Shown here in pieces: positions 52,701 to 61,700 of a DNA stretch of 64,000 nucleotides. Location of the stretch: the NCBI RefSeq assembly GCF_964355755.1, contig NC_092672.1, positions 20,659,237-20,723,236 on the forward strand, in the 5' to 3' direction. Source of the DNA: Antedon mediterranea. Lineage: Eukaryota; Animalia; Echinodermata. Both the position numbers and the translations under genes were made by a program. How positions within the stretch are numbered: the first letter of the stretch is position 1; each line of letters begins with the position of its first letter. A model generated the notes under the pieces. It had not been told where the DNA came from and ran no database searches. It saw only the letters and a list, made by a program, of their open reading frames with translations.

Positions 52701-55700
52701 ATTATTATTATTATATTATAACTTATATTATCAAGGTTCTATCTTTTATTTTTAAATGAATCCCAAAAGTTTGAGATCTGTCAGTCTTTATAGTGTAAAG
52801 CTGGGGTTAAGACAGAACTAAAATCCTCTGGATAGGAAATAGAGTAGTATAAACTCTTGAGATGGTGAAAAATGTTTTGTAGAGCAAAGTTTTTAATGGA
52901 ATTTTTATTTTATGACCCCCCCCCCCCCCCCCCCACCCCAACCCAATTATTATATTATAACTTATATTATCAAGGTTCTATCTTTTATTTTTAAATGAAT
53001 CCCAAAAGTTTGAGACGTGTCAGTCTGTAAAGCTGTGGACAGAGATAAAATCCTTTTTTTTGTAGTATAATTGAAGCATGGCCTCCTGAGCTCCATTTGA
53101 TTCTTTCAAAGTTAAAATAATATATATACTAAAAGGAAAATAATATGTATTACTAAGTCACGTATCCATGGTGATTGTGATGACAGGCCCAGACTCTATA
53201 CTATACCTGATATTACGATACTATCTGAATTAAATATTCAGTCAGTGTGCAAAAACTTCTGGATACTATTTAAGTTGATTATCAATGACTTAAACAATTT
53301 AGCATTCCTATAATGCTAAGACCTTTTTAATGTTTATATTATGCTTTTTTTTATAATTATAACTCTTTTTAATGTTTTATATACACATTATTATACATGG
53401 ATAAAAAGGTTAAATAATACACGAAAAAAGAAAGAAAAAGGGAGAATTACGTTGGATTAACAACAATTTAAACAGATTATAAAGATGCAATATTTAGAAC
53501 AACAACAAATATTGCGGATTGAATTGTGTCTTGTTGTGAATGAATGATTTTTGGTCTTTATTTTGAATATTATATTGATAAAGATATACAACAATTACGA
53601 AAAAGGGAAGATTATATTGGATAACAATGATCAAATAGATTATGAAGATTGTAGATTTATGACAACTACTGTATTACATATTACTTATTAACTTGTATTA
53701 ATCATGTCATTGAATGAATGAACAAAAGTGCTGGTTCAAGCCACAAAAAAGAAAAAAAAGACAGTGCTAGAACCCTGGTGCATTTAACATCGTGGATAAG
53801 AGAATGACAAAGTTACATATTGGCTTTCTGTAGTTTGCAACGCCCTTTTCATTAATTGGGTATGTGTGTTAATAGAGCATTGTCACACATTGCATACAAA
53901 AACAAGTCATGATATTATTTTATGCTCACTAAACTGAATTCAGAAGAACATCAAACATATATTTATGAATAAAGCTGAAAAAATGAATTAGTAGTTTCTA
54001 TAATTATTAAATTGCTTAAAAAAAATAATATGGGATTTACACTACCCATCTGAATATACATACACCTTAATCTGAATACCTTATCCAACATGAATACAGT
54101 GTTTAAACAGCGCATAATACTATGCCTTTGTAGATTCATTCCATAACATAGTTTCATTCCATTAAAACTACAATAGTAACATTATCGTATAACCTATATA
54201 ACCTACCACTTTTTTTAATAGAATAAACCGAATGCTATCATCTCTTTAACTATTTAATACACAATAACATCTACCCGTCTATGATAGTGCAGCGTGTCAA
54301 TCACAGCTAAAGACACCAGTTGTACACCTTTGTGTCTTATTATCCAATGCATTCCAACACAATGCTGATCAGACACCACCTATATTATTCGACTTGAGTT
54401 TGCTAGATCATCATATAAAAGTGCATTATGATGGGATCAGATCGTTTTTATATAATTGTCCTTTATTAATAATTATAATATTGACAACCATTCTGATGTG
54501 TGTTAATGGTTGTGCAGAGCCATGATAATACAATTGTCACAGCTTCAATAAGGTGACAGGGAGAAAATTAAATGAAAACCTTCCTCCATAATATTTATCT
54601 GCCCAAATGCTGGATTATAATTAGTTTTTAATAGTAAATGTGTCCATATAATTTATTGTTTGTCAAGTAGGTCTTTTACCACACTGATGTTTAATGTGAA
54701 ATGCTTAAATGTATTCAGAGTGAGATCTGACAATGTAAATTATCTTAATTAAATTCATTTACATTAAAAACTTTCAATTGTATTTGTATTTTTGTGCTGT
54801 TCTTAAAATACAATTGCAGTCTACCAAATCATGGAGCTATAAAGCTCAATGAGACTAAAAACTGTTAACTTATGATGTACACAGCCTATTTAATACTTAG
54901 TTAAAATGCCATTTTAGACATTTTTAACCATTGATTCATTTAGTGCAATTTATAAAACTTCATCAACAGTTTTACAATGGTCATATGTGTTTTGATTATT
55001 TATATTACTTATAACATATTAATACCAAACTATATAGATAGTTACAATATAATAGCGGTGAAAAACATCATGTTTGCACAATAAACATTAAAATATGTTT
55101 ATTTTTGAAAAAATAATAAATATAGGCCTAAAGAACATTTAACATTCAAAATATTCAATAATGTATCTATTCACTGAGTAAACTTTTTATTATGATCATG
55201 ATTAAATTAAATAATCTAACAATATATATATTTAAAAATATTTTTAATTATACCACAATTATTAATGGTCAGGCTTCTACTGTGCATTGCTAAAGAGGTT
55301 TGTTATAGTTGTATGACATATTATAATCTATTTTTTTAGTTTGAAAATTCACCACTCTTGGTAGCTGCATTAAATGGTCACACTGCATGCTGTATGACAT
55401 TAGTTGATGCTGGTTGTAATGTGAACCAACAAAACAATGTAAGTTGTATACACAGTATATCTAGTAATTTCATATAATTATGCATGTATTATTGCATCGT
55501 ATTGTAAATATCACAGTGTATGCAGGTATATTACACAATACTGTGAGGATTATACTATTTGCTGCACCTACCCCCTCACCCTTTCGCTCCATCCCTAGGA
55601 CAGAATAATCTTGATTTTGTTTTACCATATTATAATCCAAGTTGATCAGCTACCACCATTCAATCCTGAATGTTAAATGTTCTTTAGGCCTATATTTGTT

Positions 55701-58700
55701 ATCCTCAAATTAGTGCATTCTGTTTGTGTACCACGCTCTATGCAAACTTCTTATATCTGTACCTGGCTGGTGCCATGATATTATTGTAGGTATTATTGAT
55801 TCCACTGTAAATTCACCAGCCTATTTATAGAATCTTAAAGCAAAAAGTATATAAAACCATAGAGATACTGAGATAAAACCAAATATTTTATCTTTTAATT
55901 CAAAAAGATTTGATGTAAAATAGTTTAAAAAGCTGACAAGAAGCTTTTATATTAGCATTATAATGAATAAAATTGTAAGGTGAATCAATCATAAAGTATT
56001 ATAACTGATATCCAAGTATACCATTTTTATCATCTGCAATTTGTAAAGTATATTGAAATTTCACTAAAGAACTTTGTCCTTTAAATGAAAAGGTTTTTTC
56101 TCTCCAGATATCTTGCTAAATAAATATGCTCTTTTTGTATTCAGTAAATATAATCAATCAATATAATCAATCAAATGATAGATAAGTAATGGTAAACATT
56201 CAGTAGGTTTTGATCATATCATTTATAAATCATCCATGTTTCGTAAATGAAATTGGAGAGTTTTTACTAAAGTAAAAATTGTATGTACAATCAAAATATA
56301 ATATTCACAGTATTAGTACGTGCTTGTGCACTTTGTTTTTTTTCTCACTTTTTTTCAAGAATGGAGACAACGCTCTGCATATAATTGCACAAGAAAACCA
56401 TACTTATGATGAACACAAAAATACCTTTGTGTTCTTCATAAAGGAAGGACGTATGGACATTTGGAAGAAAAATAAGGTTAGTTTGTTATTAAGTACTGTA
56501 ATGCAATTATTTTAATAATAAAGTTTAGTTCTATTCTTTTTTTTAAAAGTTATATAAAATATAACAAATAGAAACAAAAAGGTTTTTTATTATCTGTTGA
56601 TATCAAGTTTGTGGTACACCACGTTTATAAGTTCTGAAAACCACCACGTTTATAAATTGAAAATATTACAGGCTATTTTTTTCTTGTCTGACCCTCGGAG
56701 CAGTCTATTGCCCATCCACCTCCTCACATGTTCCTGTATATTTGTTTGATGGAATGATTAATTACAGAAATATTAAAATGAATATAGTATGATATTTATA
56801 GTTATTAACATTTCTTTTTTATTTTTCCATTACAGTATTCACATTGTATTGTTAAGTTGTAAATCTAAATTGAATGGTTTAAACAGCATGCTTGCATTAT
56901 TTTTACTTTTAGTTTCATATTTAACTGTATACTGAAGTATATGTTATAATAATTAAATACATATAATATAAATATTGAAACTACATAAGTATTTGTTCTA
57001 TATGTCTTTAAATTATTTTGTTGACATATTATTTGATATTAAATTTATTTTCTCAGTTGCTCATCATTAACATTTATTTCAGTTGCAGGTTACTTTTGGA
57101 CTATTAGTAAGCTACATGATTTAGACCAAAAATGATTTATTTTGTTCAAATTCTTTCAGAGCATATATTTAATTAGTTCAGATCTAATGGCATGTGTGGT
57201 TATTTTATGGCTTATGAAATGATTTTGGCCCAAAAACCCCATAAATGTTTTATTTCGGCTGATTTCACATCGTGCCTGGATTAACGTGTCCAGCACCCTG
57301 AGAAAAATATCGTGGAAAATGGGTTTAGTGATATTAATGCATAAAATCGCACTGAGTGGAAGTAGATTTAGTTCATAGTGGAATATTTTTCCAAGATATG
57401 GCCAATAGTAAAGTTATTGACCTTTGAAATATCTAGAATTTGCAAAACTATTATGAAATATATTTATTTAGTCTGTCACAATTTGATTTTTTTTAATGGC
57501 CAGGGTTATTTTACCTATTAGTATTATTTAGTTTGGCTTATCTTTTCGTTTAGTATGTTCTTGCAAATTATGAAATTAAGCTGAATTTTTAAATTTTTTT
57601 TAAAAGAGTAGCTGAGGGATTTATCAGAACGTATGCTTATAACTATAATTGCTAATATTTTTATTTTAAATCACAAACACTTTGATTGTCAGAATGGAAA
57701 GTCTGCATTTAATATCTATAATGAAAATGTTTGCGATAAATACGATGATGAACAGAAGAAATCAGAAATACTTGCAATTTTGAGTGGTAAGTTAAAAAAC
57801 ACATTGTGCCTCAAATAAAAGCATGAACTTCTAAAAATAGAATTAATGATCACTTCTGTAGTATTTGTAGTCAGTCCTATAATCAAACAAATTAAAAATT
57901 TGTGATTTATAATGAAAAAAAGTAGATTGATTCAAATAGCAGCTCATCTCAACTACTGTTGGTACAGGGCATGTTCAGACTCACAGGGTTAGGTTTGTTA
58001 TCTAACACAAGGTGTATGGTACTTCATGGCATGAAAATGTGTAATTATGGTTTCAGTTGTGCATTTTATAAATATCTATATGTACAAGGCGTACGGTACT
58101 TCATGTAATATGGTTCCAGTTGTGCATTTTATCCTGTCTTCCATTTTGTGTGTTACTAATTTTGTTATAAATATCTACATGTTTGTCCCAAAGGTAATTT
58201 AATAATAAATATGTTTATCCTTTATATCCTACATTATTTCCAATCTGTAATTCTGCACTGAAAAGCTTGATATACACATTCATTTTACTTGTTTAGGTGG
58301 ACCTTTACCTTACATCGAAATGACATCGTCAGGTATGAATATTCTTCAATTTCAATGCCTCTCAATAGGGCTATTGTTTCCAATAAAAAAAGGAATTAAA
58401 AATTAATACTGTTCTATAGCATTAGGTATCTTTTATGTTCTATTTGTTTGGTATTCACAATATCTATAAATAAACTGCTTGGAAATGTTACTTAAATATT
58501 ATTTTACGTATTTAAAGAAATATAAAAAAATAGAGTTTATCATGATTGAACTATTATTTTATTTACAAATTATAAAACAACTATAGACAAAGTCAACATT
58601 TCACAAAATTACATTTGGGTAATTTAGATCTAGACATTGAGATGGGTAGGTGCCAATCAAACAACAAAATACTAATATTTTAGGATTTATTAGAATATTT

Positions 58701-61700
58701 TATAAACAGTATTATATATATCTTATTTTATTTAGATATTACAACCAAAGAATTAATATACATTGCCAATAACGCCTTCAATAAATGGGAACTAATAGCA
58801 GCTAATCTTGGAATGACACAAGAAAATATAAATTCATTTGAACTACCAGATAACAACAGCTATGAAAGGACATATGACATGTTGAATGCATGGGCAGCTA
58901 AGGTTACAAAGAAGTCCATGCGTTCAGAACTTGTTGCGGCACTCAGGAAAGCTGGGGAAAATGATGTGGCTGATAAAATTGAAAGTAAGTAAATAAAACC
59001 GTAAGATAGCCTTCTGAAAGACTGAACTCTCTCATTAATAAGGTTCTTAATTTGCTTTGTAACAATATTCTGTGTGTTTAATAATAAATGAAAACACTTT
59101 TGAATAATGCAGAAATGTCTAAGTCTAAATTTTGGTCGCATTTGTGAGCATCGGCTTATAAGCTTAAGTGTTGGCATATATCTTTAGTACCACATATTTA
59201 TCAAACCAATTGTTATAAAATCTTTGCATTTGATGAAAATCTATCATCTGTTTTTCGTGACGAATTGCTGAAGTATTTTATTCTATATACATTATACCTT
59301 CATCTTTGTACTCTGCTATTATCACCTTAATTTATTTCAAGTAATGATTGAGGTATTCATAAGACAGTCTTAGTGCATATTAAACTGTTCAATTTATAAA
59401 GAGTATAGTTGCTATCCTGTAGTATACAAAGAAACAGGAAGTTATACAAATAGTTATTGTACCTTTTATTGTGTTTTTAAGATGTGCATGTTCCAGAGGA
59501 GATATTGGCACGAGGAGCTGATGCGGTGAAAGCATTTCAAAATGCACTTGAAGAAGGACAAACAGAGTTTAATCAAGGAAGAACTATTTTTGTAGGACTT
59601 GAGAATGTTGGAAAAACATCTACTATCAATTCTCTTTTAAGAAAAGAGTAAGCATACTTTATATCAATTATTACATTTAACCACTTAAACTGTTACATAC
59701 AGTTGTTACTGTAGGATCAATTACAAGAATAAGACATTTGAAACATTTTTCCTGAATAGTTTCAATTTATTTCACCATAAAATAATATCAAAATACATAG
59801 CAAATATTGATGAGAATGACCATCAAAGTAAAGCTTGTATTCCGGTCACCCATACACATAGCTAGCCAAAACAGCTTAAATATCTTATTTTCATTGGGAT
59901 CCACATAATCTAAACATAAATAATCTAAATATCACAATGTAAAAGAGTAAGAATATACTGAGTTGATTAAAATTTACTATTAAAATTGTTGTTTGATTGT
60001 TGAAGTATTTGGCCCTTTACATTGGCCCTTTATTTGGCCCAACAATATTCTGGGTATGTTGAGGGTTTAAAATAAGATTTTAATGCAACGTAAAAACAAT
60101 GTCATTGCAGTATACCATCAAATTATTTTCTGTTTTATTATTAATGCAAACATTCTTTTATAATTATATAATGTCATTTTGTCAGGTTTAATCCATTGCA
60201 TATAATAACAGATGCAATGGTTAAAACAACGGTGTGTACACCAGATGCCAGTAACAAAGAAATGTTGAAAGAAACAACGCAGGATATTTGTAAGTATTCA
60301 CTTTATTCAGATACATGCTGCAACCAAAATAGATGATTTATTTATATTTTTAAATTATTTAGGCAAATTGCCACGGATAACCATAAGCGAATTAATTCAC
60401 TATTCTTCTTAAAGGTAGCAATCATGTTCACAAGACAAACATACACAAGATGCTCTACATAAACAAAGTCTTATTACAAGTCTTTGGGAGTGGAGTTGTA
60501 ATTTGTCATTAGAAAAAATCCTGGCATATGACATGACTTGAACCCAGGACCCTTCAATTGGTAGCCAAGCATCATAACCACCAAGCCACTACTCTACTCC
60601 AAATTTAAAATTCACCCTGACTCATGCACTGTCATGTCACAACTTGTTTTTAATTTTTTTACCAAATAATTGTTGTTCTCATGTCATTGTAAATTAATTG
60701 AATAGACCTCTAGGTTTAATATTTGGGTGACAATTTGCGACTACGGTAGTTCTTGCACACACTTTGATATTTCATAAATGCATGGAGAAAACCACTACCA
60801 TATAAACATACAAGTTATTTAAATTCAATTTGAGGATAAATTAGTTTTTAAATTATTGCAACAACATTATAAAAATGGTTTCAAAGTTTCTATGCTTTTA
60901 AAAAACCAATGTAACTGTGTAAGAAATAAAATAATATATACAGGATTTTATTAACATTTTTTAATTTAAAAGCTTTAGACATGTATCAGGATGCTGTCAC
61001 TGATGTCACAGTTAAACAAATGTTGAAAAGTCCACGCCATACAAAAGGATACACACCAAGAGCAGGACCATCAAAGCAGGAAACAAAATCTGGTAAAAGA
61101 TTTTAATGAAAGTTAATTCAAATTTACTTAAAATGTCTTTATTGTTATTGTAATCTGCTGTAAAATAAATTAAAAAGTATAAACATAAAAGGCACAAAAT
61201 ACAATCAATATAAAATTGGTACAAAAGAGATTTTTTTTAATATATTTAATATAAAAGTTTTGATAAAAGACTTTATACAGCATTTTGCTGTGATTACTGC
61301 TGTGACATTTGAATTCAAATAGAGAATACAAAAGGTACACATATTATAATGATGATGGCAAATTGGATCAGGTTGGAATCGACAAAAAATGATTCATTAC
61401 ACTAACCTTTGTTCTTGCCAAGTTAATTTGATTATAAAGCATAATGATGAATGCTAATACATTATGCTATTTATAACAAGATAGCATCATCTTTAATTAT
61501 ATCATCACATTTTTCAGAAAGTAGACATGAGGAAGAGAAAAACCCAACAGGAACATCAACATCAAAACAGGAAGCCAAATCTGGTGAAACATCAACAAGT
61601 TCATATCCAATGCCAAACCCACAAAAAGAGGGTAAATATTTATTTTGAAATGTGTTTGATTGTGCTGTTCATACATATTAATGATATCAGAAATAAAGAC

